A DNA stretch of 64,000 nucleotides from an uncultured archaeon (lineage in GTDB: Archaea > Thermoplasmatota > Penumbrarchaeia > JASLWR01), in contig CAYSHM010000004.1 of assembly GCA_964430885.1 (NCBI GenBank), forward strand, positions 32,001 through 96,000, read 5' to 3'. Positions 1 to 8,938 of this stretch are shown in pieces. Position numbers and translations under genes: made by a program. How positions within the stretch are numbered: the stretch's first letter is position 1; every line of letters begins with the position of its first letter. The notes under the pieces are model-generated. The model saw only the letters and a program-made list of their open reading frames with translations. It did no database searches and was not told the DNA's origin.

Positions 1-2100
1 TCTGTTGTTGCGGTATTCGTTATCTGTAAGATAATTATTATTTCCGGAAATGATAGTACCTATTGTGTTATTGGAGAATGTTGAATTGGAGATGGAGCAG
101 CCATTGGAATTGTAAAGGACTACTGGCGACCATAATCCCCCTCCAGTAAAATCCGATATGGTGGAATTTGTGCAGTTTACCAGAACTAACTGTCCATAAT
201 CTTCTCTCAGCATGATTTCTGTGTAATTTACAGCGTACTTGAGCTTACCGCCTTGGACCGTATTGGAGGAATCTATAGTATGAGAATTCCAGTTTTGATC
301 ATGTTCTCCATGGATCCTAATCCCGCTTTCAAAGTGGTTGTCGTAAACAGTAGCATCCCTTACTTCGGATAACAAAACGGAACCTGCACACTGGCGGATA
401 ACGCAGTTCTGCACTCTAACCCCGTCCCCGTAAACAGCGATCCCTGGAGCCCTGTTCACCTTGTTACCTGTAATGTTGATGCCCGAAATATAACAGTTAT
501 CAGCATTGACAATGATTGCAGGCATTTCATTTTTGAAGGTGGTCAATATGGTTGGGTCGTTGTGTACAGCAGTTAGAATTACGCTTTTATTGAGGTAGAT
601 TGTCTCAGTGTAGTTTCCAGGGGATAGAAAGACAGTTCCGCCTTTCTTGACCCTGTGAACAGCTCTGGCAGGATCAGCAAAGCTTGTCCATCCGAAACCC
701 GGGGTGTCGGTACCATAATCGTCATCCACATACACCATATCAGGTTCAAAAAGTATCAGGGACGGGTCTCCCAGTATGACCATTCCGTAATACCAGCTGA
801 TATCGTTATATCCGCCAGGATCATCGGAATAAGGATACTGGACCTCGAACCATTCCCTAAGTGCCTCGCCGAATGAATTGCCTCTTCCTAGCGAATCATA
901 GAACCATGAAAAACCAAGCATTGATCCCGTTTTTGTGCTCCCCAAAGATATTAGGGAATCGGTCCCGGTATTCATTACATAGGCATGACCCAGACAGTTA
1001 TTGCTGGTGAATCTTGCCCCAGAACAGCAGAATAGGTTATAGAATAGCGCTTCAGGAGGAGCTGCCCGAAGGTTATTGCTGTTGGTGTTTCCGCCGGTAT
1101 GGAAGTAATGAGTAGTTGCTCCTGAATGGCAGGATAGCTGAATGAACTCATAGGAAGCATTGGGAACCCGGTTGGACATATAATCGTTCTTATTAACTGG
1201 ATTGTCGGTATCACTCCACCACATGGCATCGTAATCGTCGTAAGCGTTACCTATACCGTGCCTGAAATCATTTCCTCCCGCCCAGTCGTGATCAGTGTAG
1301 GTGAGCCCGTACCTGGTCCTGTTCATCTGTCCTGTCCAGTACCTGTGGACCTTCCCGAAGTAGCTCTTGAGAACCTCGATCTCTACCCCTGGCACTCTCG
1401 AAGCGTCGATTCGGCCGGTGAATATTTCCGGTGCAGTATCGCCCACCCCGTCAGTGTGCGACTCGTACTTGTTATCGCTATTTGCATCTGTCCAGTTCCC
1501 GTCCATGTCCATGTAGTATAGGTCGCATGGGAAAGAGGACGGGTTTCCGTCGAAATCGTTCACATGATAGAACCAGGGAACGGGAAGATCGCCTACAAGT
1601 ACAGCTCCGACAACGTGATAATTTGGGTCGTTATAATAGCTTAGTATAGTGTTCTTAATATCTACGTGGTTTCCTCCGGAGACCGTAAGCTTGACAGGAG
1701 TATAGCCGGCATTCTGAAGATCGGCAATATAGGTATCCAGCTCAGAGGTCAGGAGGACTCCCAGAGACTGCTGAACGAAAACCAGCATGGTTGAGGGATG
1801 AAATTCCGGATCTCTGGACCTGGTCAATTCCGGATCCGGTGAGATATGGAAGGGGAGGTTAGGTCTGATTGATATATAGTCCTCATATGTATCCACTGGA
1901 CCTATGGTTCTCATGCTCTGGTTAAGAAGAAGTGAATATTGATCAGAATCCACGGCCCAAGAAGGTCTATTGCTGATATCAGAATTATTTCCTTTGTCAT
2001 CATACTTTATGCTGAAATAGGCCGAAGCCGAGGTGGAAGTAAGAATTATAATTAGAATAGCTAAGCATATAAGCGGTATGGATGAGCCACTCTTTGCCAT
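1..2100 (-). CDS. Secreted C25-family (gingipain-like) cysteine peptidase fused to a right-handed beta-helix (NosD/pectin-lyase-like) region; 3' end runs off the window
   Basis: Not in the ORF track because it has no stop in the window. Manual translation from ATG at 2100 is open to base 1. It shows a signal peptide MAKSGSSIPLICLAILIIILTSTSASA, GAVLVGDLPVP, FPCDLYYMDMDG, PEIFTGRI, candidate His in LSCHSG (~1126) and Cys in LFCCSGARF (~1024), YGMVILGDPSL, then VYVDDD...VFLSPGNYTE and Asn/Ser/Ile-rich beta-helix repeats. Confidence 0.85.
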   Translation of the reverse strand, partial: MAKSGSSIPLICLAILIIILTSTSASAYFSIKYDDKGNNSDISNRPSWAVDSDQYSLLLNQSMRTIGPVDTYEDYISIRPNLPFHISPDPELTRSRDPEFHPSTMLVFVQQSLGVLLTSELDTYIADLQNAGYTPVKLTVSGGNHVDIKNTILSYYNDPNYHVVGAVLVGDLPVPWFYHVNDFDGNPSSFPCDLYYMDMDGNWTDANSDNKYESHTDGVGDTAPEIFTGRIDASRVPGVEIEVLKSYFGKVHRYWTGQMNRTRYGLTYTDHDWAGGNDFRHGIGNAYDDYDAMWWSDTDNPVNKNDYMSNRVPNASYEFIQLSCHSGATTHYFHTGGNTNSNNLRAAPPEALFYNLFCCSGARFTSNNCLGHAYVMNTGTDSLISLGSTKTGSMLGFSWFYDSLGRGNSFGEALREWFEVQYPYSDDPGGYNDISWYYGMVILGDPSLILFEPDMVYVDDDYGTDTPGFGWTSFADPARAVHRVKKGGTVFLSPGNYTETIYLNKSVILTAVHNDPTILTTFKNEMPAIIVNADNCYISGINITGNKVNRAPGIAVYGDGVRVQNCVIRQCAGSVLLSEVRDATVYDNHFESGIRIHGEHDQNWNSHTIDSSNTVQGGKLKYAVNYTEIMLREDYGQLVLVNCTNSTISDFTGGGLWSPVVLYNSNGCSISNSTFSNNTIGTIISGNNNYLTDNEYRNNR

Positions 2101-2193
2101 GATTACAATAACGCGAAGTTGATATTTAACCGTTCTTACCTGTTCTGTTCACTGGTAAAAATATGTTAATAACGGAGTTATATGACCTAACAT

Positions 2194-2940
2194 TCACCGA
2201 TCAATATCGGTGATGACGATGACTTTTCCCGCTCCGAGGGCAATTTTTGCAGGGCATCTTTTGCAGTCAATATTCTCATCCATGAACATATCCAATGCCT
2301 TTCTTTTACCTTCACCGAAAAAGAGAAGCAGGCAAAGGTCGACATCTATTATAACCCTAGGTCCAATGGTCATCCGGAGTGAGGGCGGTTTTGGAGAATC
2401 CTCAATGATAAAAAACGGCTGCTCTTCATCTTCAAGCGCAGGATGTCCCGGAAACAGTGAAGCGATATGCCCGTCCTCTCCAACTCCCAGGACCAGAATT
2501 GTGCTAATTCCTGCATTATCTTTGGACTTCACCTCATTGTAGATGCATTCATATCTATCTAGAAGCATCTGATAGATAGCAGGCAATTTGAGGGCACCTT
2601 CGTCCCTATATCCTGATGTAATAAAGGGATGGATCATTTTTTGAGTTAATATTTCCTTCTTCAGCAGATCATCAAAAAATTGTTCCTTTGCCAGTCTGAA
2701 GTTACTCATTTCGTGTTCCCAGGGTACCAGCCTCTCATCGGCCCAGAAAAAATGGATGCAGCTCCATGGTATGGAGGTATTGCCAACCTTATTGAAATTA
2801 TCGAACAAAGGAATTATACTTCTGCCGCCAGGAATAAAAAGCATTACAGTATCAAGATTCCCTACGGATCCGTTGAACTCAGATACAATATCCGCCGCTA
2901 TTTCACCAGCTTTTTCCATTTTGCATCTGATCATATCCAA
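2194..2940 (-). CDS. pgl: 6-phosphogluconolactonase (DevB/Pgl, NagB-like fold)
   Basis: Motifs PGGRS, HFFWADERLVP, SNFRLAKE, LGVGEDGHIASLFP, DSPKPPSLRMT; AGGTGA SD before TTG. Confidence 0.85.
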   Translation of the reverse strand: MDMIRCKMEKAGEIAADIVSEFNGSVGNLDTVMLFIPGGRSIIPLFDNFNKVGNTSIPWSCIHFFWADERLVPWEHEMSNFRLAKEQFFDDLLKKEILTQKMIHPFITSGYRDEGALKLPAIYQMLLDRYECIYNEVKSKDNAGISTILVLGVGEDGHIASLFPGHPALEDEEQPFFIIEDSPKPPSLRMTIGPRVIIDVDLCLLLFFGEGKRKALDMFMDENIDCKRCPAKIALGAGKVIVITDIDR

Positions 2941-2987
2941 AATATCACCTTAGATCATATAATTTAAAAATTTGATAAAAAACGGAT

Positions 2988-4052
2988 TCAGCTAACAGGT
3001 AGGCCGATAGTGAATTCAGTTCCTTCTCCGGGTTCGCTGACGACCTTCACACTGCCGCCCCCTCTTTCTACAACAGAGCTAACCAAGTAGAGTCCTAGTC
3101 CAGTCCCCTCCCCTGCATCCTTTGTGGTATAGAATGGATCGAATATCTCGGACAATTCTTCCTGGGTTATTCCCCTGCCTTCATCTGAAACAGATATTTT
3201 GATAAATCCATCATCAACCCATGTTTTTATCTCTATCAAACCGCCTTCGGGGGAGGCTTCCACAGCATTGATTATTAGGTTGACCAGACTCTGTTTCAGA
3301 TCACCTGAGCCGATAGTTACACCCGGTAGTTCATTCAATTCCGTTTCAATTTTATATTTGTTTATATCGAATGAGTAACTTGCGATGTTCAAGCTTTCTT
3401 CAACGATCTGGTTGACTTTATCTCCTACCGGTAGATCATTCCTCAAGTCATTGGAATACTTGCTCAATCCCCGGACAATATTCTTTATCCTCTCTCCCGC
3501 CTTAATCACTTCGCCGATATCTTCGTGAATTTCCTCAATCTTATCTGAGTCCAGTATGATCTCCGATAGTCCGGTGATTATCTGAAGGGGATTGGAAATC
3601 TCATGGGCTACACCGGTGGCAAGGTTTCCAAGTCCGGCAGCCCTGCTGGTCCTTACAAGTTTGGCCTGAGCTTCTTTCAGCTTGGTAATATCCCTGAAAA
3701 CACCGGTTGTCCCACTGAATTCTCCATCCTTGAACTGGGCATTAAGATTTCCTTCTACATAGATCTCCTTTCCATCCTTCGTCACGAAAATTGTCTCTAC
3801 GTTATCAAGAGCCATCCCTTTCATGAGAAGCCCGAACATCTCCTGGCATTTTTCTAGATGATGGGAATGGATGATCTTCCAGACCTTCATTCCCAAAGCT
3901 TCTTCCCTGCTGTATCCGAGCTTTTCCAGCCATTTCTTATTCACGAAAAGTATATTCCCTTCTATGTCAACGCTCTGGATGAGATCGTTTGCGCTCTCGA
4001 TGATATTTTTATATAAATATAGTTCAGAACCGTGACGTGCATTCAAAACCAT
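2988..4052 (-). CDS. Soluble PAS-domain sensor histidine kinase (PAS-HisKA-HATPase)
   Basis: PAS/PAC (IQSVDIEGNILFVNKKW...GVFRDIT), H-box GVAHEISNPL, N-box NLIINAVEA, DEGRGI, FDPFYTTK, GTGLGL. Start moved from 4124 to ATG 4052 or TTG 4046 because of an AGGTGA SD. Confidence 0.9.
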   Translation of the reverse strand: MVLNARHGSELYLYKNIIESANDLIQSVDIEGNILFVNKKWLEKLGYSREEALGMKVWKIIHSHHLEKCQEMFGLLMKGMALDNVETIFVTKDGKEIYVEGNLNAQFKDGEFSGTTGVFRDITKLKEAQAKLVRTSRAAGLGNLATGVAHEISNPLQIITGLSEIILDSDKIEEIHEDIGEVIKAGERIKNIVRGLSKYSNDLRNDLPVGDKVNQIVEESLNIASYSFDINKYKIETELNELPGVTIGSGDLKQSLVNLIINAVEASPEGGLIEIKTWVDDGFIKISVSDEGRGITQEELSEIFDPFYTTKDAGEGTGLGLYLVSSVVERGGGSVKVVSEPGEGTEFTIGLPVS

Positions 4053-4144
4053 CACCTGAAAAAAATTTGCCGATAGTGGGAAAAATTGAATATCAAATGG
4101 AATATGAGTAGTTGATAATTCCAATTATTTTATAGATTTGCCTG

Positions 4145-6487
4145 TTAATTTTTATTCTTCTCAATAGCCTTGAGTATCTTCTCAGCTGTGAAAGGACCTT
4201 TCGTCAGCCTTACCCCCACGGCGTCGTAGATGGCGTTGGATATGGCCGGCAGAGCTCCGTTTATACAGAGCTCGGCCACAGATTTTGCACCGTAGGGTCC
4301 AGTGGGTTCGTGTGTCTCTACAAGGAAGGAGTTAACTTCTGGAAGGTCAGATGTACGGTATATCTTATAGTTCTTGAAGTTAGGATTGAGCATTTTACCT
4401 TTCTCATCAAAGATGTATTCCTCCACAAGTGCATATGAAAGTCCATTCAGCAGGGCGCCTTCAGTCTGCCCTTCTGCCAGTGTGGGATTGATTGCCCGTC
4501 CGCAGTCGGTTCCGGCAACATACTTCCTGCATTTGATCTCGCCGGTTTCGGTATCTATATCTACCATTACAAAGTGTGCTGAGAAGGGAGGGGGTGATTT
4601 TTCAGTTATATGTGATGCATGTCCCATTATCTGGAACTGGTCGTGCTGATAGAGTGAGCGTAAAGCAACATCCCTGAAGGTTACCCTTTTGTCGCCGCTA
4701 CATGAAACCACTTCTTTTTTGCCAAGCTTCAGTTCAGAAACGGGGATATCCAGCATATCTGAGGCCACTTTCATGATCTGCCCCCTTACTTCCTTTGCAG
4801 CCTTTTTAACTGCCATTCCAGTCAAATATGTAGTGGATGATGCATAAGCACCAACATCGAAGGGCGTGAGGTCGGTATCAGACGAATAGACGATCATATC
4901 CTCTAGATAGCAGTGGAGCTGTTCTGCTGCTATCTGCCCCATTATTGTGTCCGACCCCGTACCAATATCCGTAGCACCAAGAAGCAGGTTGAATGAACCG
5001 TCATCGTTCATCTTCATGCTGGCGGCTCCCATGTCCACCTTTGGAATTGAAGAACCTTGCATAAGACACGCTTCTCCGAAACCTCTTTTTATTGGGCCCT
5101 TAACCTGTTTTTTCAATTCTTCCCGTTTGTCCCATCCGATGAGTTCCCGGCCCCTGTCGATACACTCATCTAATCCGCAGCTCTCGATGGATTGGGGAAC
5201 GCCCTCTCCACCTTCTCCAAGTGCCTTGAATATTGGTGAGGTCTCCCCAACCTTAATATGGTTCATTTTACGCATTTCCAAGGGATCCATACCAATCTCA
5301 TTCGCCATCCTTGTGACGTTGCATTCCATGGCAAAGGCGGCCTGGGTCGCCCCGTAGCCCCGGTAGGCTCCGGGAACGGGCAGGTTGGTATAGACCACAT
5401 CAGCCTTGAATCTCACATTATCGCATCTGTATAGAGGCAGCACCTTGGACCCGCAGTTGCATACCACAGTAAGTCCATGGGAGCCGTATGCTCCGGTGTT
5501 GCTAAGGCAGAACATATCTATAGCAGTGATTGTCCCGTCCTTTTTGCATCCTGTTCTTAGAATGGTTTTTATAGGGTGTCTTGTCCTAGCTGATACGAAC
5601 TCTTCTTTCCTGGTGAATTCTAGAAGTGCAGGTCGCCCGGTTTTCTCGGTGACCATTGCAACTACAGGTTCCAGAAGTACTTCCTGTTTTGTACCGAATC
5701 CTCCACCGATACGAGGTTTTATTACCCTAATCCTTTTTACAGGTACATCCAGTACCTGAGCGGTTATCCTTCTGGCATGAAAGGGGACCTGGGTTGATGA
5801 AACAATAGTGATCCTTCCATCGCCTTCTGGCATTGCCAGGGCGATATGAGGTTCTATTGGACAGTGCTGGCCGTAATGTGCGTAATACGCGTCCTCGACG
5901 ATGACATCAGCCTCTTCAAATCCCTTATCGAGATCACCGATCTCCATATCAACGCTGGCGGCGAGGTTTCTCTTTGGTTCGTAAGGTACTGGAATTATTA
6001 CCTTTGCATCCTCCTCGTCATGAATTACGGGGGCGCCTTCTTCAAGTGCCTCCCCCATATCAAGAACCGCAGGCAGTAAGTCATACTCCACCTCTACTGC
6101 ATCTGCAGCTTTTTTTGCAGTTTCTAGGTCTTCAGCAGCGACTATGGCCACTCTGTCGCCTACATACCTCACCTTGCAGTCCAGGAGATATGAATCATAG
6201 GGTGAGGGCTCCGGGTAACCTTGACCAGCTGTTGTGTGAGGAATGCGGGGAACGTTCTCGTGGGTTAATATTATTGCGACACCAGGGATATCCATGGCTT
6301 TTGAGGTATCTATCTTCTTAATCCTGGCATGTGCATGGGGTGAACGGAGCACCTTCACATGAAGGGGTTCTTTGACATCCCAATCAGCTACGAACTTTGA
6401 CATTCCGGTAGCCAATGACATACCGTCAACTTTGGTTTCCCTCTTCCCTACAACCTCCAGTCCCCCATGTTTTTCCCCGCAGCTCAT
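4145..6487 (-). CDS. Xanthine dehydrogenase-family molybdopterin-binding large subunit (XdhD/YgfN-like)
   Basis: LRSPHAHARI, TTAGQGYPEPSPYD, GGGFGTKQE, GAYRGYGATQ, GAYASSTT, GAKSVAE (catalytic Glu). Confidence 0.9.
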   Translation of the reverse strand: MSCGEKHGGLEVVGKRETKVDGMSLATGMSKFVADWDVKEPLHVKVLRSPHAHARIKKIDTSKAMDIPGVAIILTHENVPRIPHTTAGQGYPEPSPYDSYLLDCKVRYVGDRVAIVAAEDLETAKKAADAVEVEYDLLPAVLDMGEALEEGAPVIHDEEDAKVIIPVPYEPKRNLAASVDMEIGDLDKGFEEADVIVEDAYYAHYGQHCPIEPHIALAMPEGDGRITIVSSTQVPFHARRITAQVLDVPVKRIRVIKPRIGGGFGTKQEVLLEPVVAMVTEKTGRPALLEFTRKEEFVSARTRHPIKTILRTGCKKDGTITAIDMFCLSNTGAYGSHGLTVVCNCGSKVLPLYRCDNVRFKADVVYTNLPVPGAYRGYGATQAAFAMECNVTRMANEIGMDPLEMRKMNHIKVGETSPIFKALGEGGEGVPQSIESCGLDECIDRGRELIGWDKREELKKQVKGPIKRGFGEACLMQGSSIPKVDMGAASMKMNDDGSFNLLLGATDIGTGSDTIMGQIAAEQLHCYLEDMIVYSSDTDLTPFDVGAYASSTTYLTGMAVKKAAKEVRGQIMKVASDMLDIPVSELKLGKKEVVSCSGDKRVTFRDVALRSLYQHDQFQIMGHASHITEKSPPPFSAHFVMVDIDTETGEIKCRKYVAGTDCGRAINPTLAEGQTEGALLNGLSYALVEEYIFDEKGKMLNPNFKNYKIYRTSDLPEVNSFLVETHEPTGPYGAKSVAELCINGALPAISNAIYDAVGVRLTKGPFTAEKILKAIEKNKN

Positions 6488-6954
6488 GCATCTTCCTCCC
6501 TGATCTTTTCCGCAGCTTGTTTCACAGCATCAATTATCTTGATATAACCTGTACATCTGCATAGGTTTCCATCCAGAGCAGTTTTGATATCATCTTCTGT
6601 TGGATTAGGATTTTTGTCCAGCAGAGCCTTGGTTGCAAGTATCATTCCGGGGGTGCAGAATCCGCACTGTATGGCTCCGGCATCCACAAAACATTTCTGA
6701 ATAATACTGGGTTTCTTGGGGGTTCCCATACCTTCAATGGTGAGTATTGTCTTTCCGTCTATCGACGGCGCAGGAACGATACATGAATTTATAAGCTTGC
6801 CATCAATTAGAACTGCACACGCTCCGCAGTCTCCTTTCTGACAGCCTTTCTTTACTCCTTTGAATCCTGATCTTCTAAGCAGATCGGTCAGCATTTCCCC
6901 GCCGTGTGTATCCAAGACCATATTTTTCCCGTTGATATTTACACTGATGTTCAT
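6484..6954 (-). CDS. Xanthine dehydrogenase-family [2Fe-2S] small subunit
   Basis: GCQKGDCGAC...SC, QCGFCTPG, GNLCRCTGY; ATGA overlap with the large subunit. Confidence 0.95.
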   Translation of the reverse strand: MNISVNINGKNMVLDTHGGEMLTDLLRRSGFKGVKKGCQKGDCGACAVLIDGKLINSCIVPAPSIDGKTILTIEGMGTPKKPSIIQKCFVDAGAIQCGFCTPGMILATKALLDKNPNPTEDDIKTALDGNLCRCTGYIKIIDAVKQAAEKIREEDA

Positions 6955-7802
6955 GATTTCACCTCCTCTAGGAAGGATGATATGTCAATTTGAATGGACC
7001 TTCTGACCATAACCTTTAACACTTTTTCAAGGTAGTTTTTGCTGTATTTGAAGTCCCTTCCAGATATGGTAAAGTTCCATTTTTTAATGATCTCCGAAAC
7101 GGAGGATTCCTCCGGTTCCTTTCCTTCTAGCTCCTCCTCCAGCAAACTCACTCGTTTGGGTAATGGATAAACGCCTGAAACGGCGATATGCAGGTTTATC
7201 ATACTTCCGTATTCATCGAGCTTGTAACTGCAGGCCACATCCATGGCTGCAAAGTCGCCCTGGCTCTTATTGAAAGTAAGGAAAGCAGCTTTTCTTCCTT
7301 CCACCTTTTTGATCTTAATTCCGGTGAGTATTTCTCCTTTTTCAATAAGTGATATAGGTTGCTTGTCATAATATTCTTCAGTAGAATATGAATATGTTTC
7401 TCCGTCCAGATAGGTTTTCATTTCAGCATCGAGACAGAGCATGACAACTGGGAGGTCCGACCACGGATAGATCATTGTGACATTGCCACCTAGGCTGACC
7501 TGATTTCTTATAGGGGTTGTACCTATGTTCTCGGCAGCTATTCCCAGAATATCAAGAGACGATTCTTTATTCTTGTAACCCACAAGTTGGGATATTTTCA
7601 TGGAAGGCCCCAGAAGTATATGTCCCCCTTCCTCTTTGATATTTTTATCAAGTAAACGGCTCACATCAACCATTCCATCGTATCTGTCAAGGTTTCTGAA
7701 CTTGACTGAAGATGCACCATTTATGAGAAGATTTCTTTGATTTTTCAATAGCTTACAGGCCGAGTCCATGTTCTCGGGATAATAATATTTTATATCGGTC
7801 AT
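6951..7802 (-). CDS. Xanthine dehydrogenase-family FAD-binding medium subunit (divergent)
   Basis: YYYPEN, IGTTPIRNQVSLGGN, PWSDLP, GEILTGIKI; ATGA overlap with the small subunit. ATG 7802 preferred over 7853. Confidence 0.8.
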   Translation of the reverse strand: MTDIKYYYPENMDSACKLLKNQRNLLINGASSVKFRNLDRYDGMVDVSRLLDKNIKEEGGHILLGPSMKISQLVGYKNKESSLDILGIAAENIGTTPIRNQVSLGGNVTMIYPWSDLPVVMLCLDAEMKTYLDGETYSYSTEEYYDKQPISLIEKGEILTGIKIKKVEGRKAAFLTFNKSQGDFAAMDVACSYKLDEYGSMINLHIAVSGVYPLPKRVSLLEEELEGKEPEESSVSEIIKKWNFTISGRDFKYSKNYLEKVLKVMVRRSIQIDISSFLEEVKS

Positions 7803-8067
7803 GGTAATGCCTCTTTGGATGAAGAAATCAACATTCTTCATATCAATTTTCAAGTAAATTTTTCACTTATTTATGTCTAATAATACTGCTGGATACAAGT
7901 AGAGCAATGATCAAAGCAATATTCAGCCTTAATAAATTATTATGTTTTATTAGTTGTTCCCCCTGTGTTTATTCCCAGGATAATGCTGTAAAGGGATATT
8001 TCAGAGCTAAATTATTATTATCATCAATTGAATAAGGAATTTGATTAAAAAACGGGGATAAATTGGT

Positions 8068-8847
8068 ATGAAATCGTGTGTTCTTGGAAGTGGAAGCAAG
8101 GGAAACAGTATTTTTGTAAAGACCAGGGAATTGAAACTGCTCGTTGATGCAGGTCTTTCCTGCAGACAGCTGGAACTCCGTTTGAAAAAGATCGGTCAGG
8201 ATCCCTCTGATATCGATCTGATTCTGGTAACCCACGAGCACAGCGATCATGTGGGGGGAATATCCCGATTTGTGAAGCTTCATGGGCCCAAGGTATATGC
8301 CAATAACGGAACCCTAACTGCCATGAAAACCGAACCGCATGTGAAGCATAATCACATTCCATTTGTAACCGGGCAGACCTTCACAATAGAGGATACAGAG
8401 ATCACGCCTCTGCCGGTGTCCCACAATGCAGCCGACCCCGTATGCTTTCATATTGAGTCCAATGGTAAGAAATTAGGAATTCTCACTGATCTGGGTTTCG
8501 TTTCAAATAACCTCATTAATACCTTCAATGACCTGGATGTTCTTTTTATTGAGAGCAATTACGACCCTGACATTCTTCTTGGAAGCAGATATCCGGTTTT
8601 CCTGAAAAAACGTATTAGCGGATTGTCAGGGCATCTTTCAAATGCGTCCGCTGCAGAGGCGATCTTGAAAATAAATCCTTCTCCTAAAACCCATCTGGTG
8701 CTAACTCATTTAAGCCAGAACAATAATCATCCAGATATTGCATATTCCTGCGTCAGAGAGCTTATGGAGACCAACGGGATATCGGGAAAGAACCTGTCCG
8801 TCAGTTCACAGGATGAACCCACTCGGCCTTTCAGTGTATGGGATTGA
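8068..8847 (+). CDS. MBL-fold metallo-hydrolase (YycJ/WalJ-like)
   Basis: LGSGSKGNS, THEHSDHVGG, SHNAADP, TDLG, ESNYD, GHLSN, HLSQNNN. Confidence 0.9.
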   Translation: MKSCVLGSGSKGNSIFVKTRELKLLVDAGLSCRQLELRLKKIGQDPSDIDLILVTHEHSDHVGGISRFVKLHGPKVYANNGTLTAMKTEPHVKHNHIPFVTGQTFTIEDTEITPLPVSHNAADPVCFHIESNGKKLGILTDLGFVSNNLINTFNDLDVLFIESNYDPDILLGSRYPVFLKKRISGLSGHLSNASAAEAILKINPSPKTHLVLTHLSQNNNHPDIAYSCVRELMETNGISGKNLSVSSQDEPTRPFSVWD

Positions 8848-8938
8848 TTTTGGTATCTGATAACTCATGATTATATATAGGTCTCAATACCACCGCCATC
8901 ATAAAATAATATCCCGCCGCTAACCGCAGGTTGATATC

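Noticed and set aside
655-1649. Four short ORFs in the track
   Set aside because: All lie within the long minus-strand C25 peptidase frame
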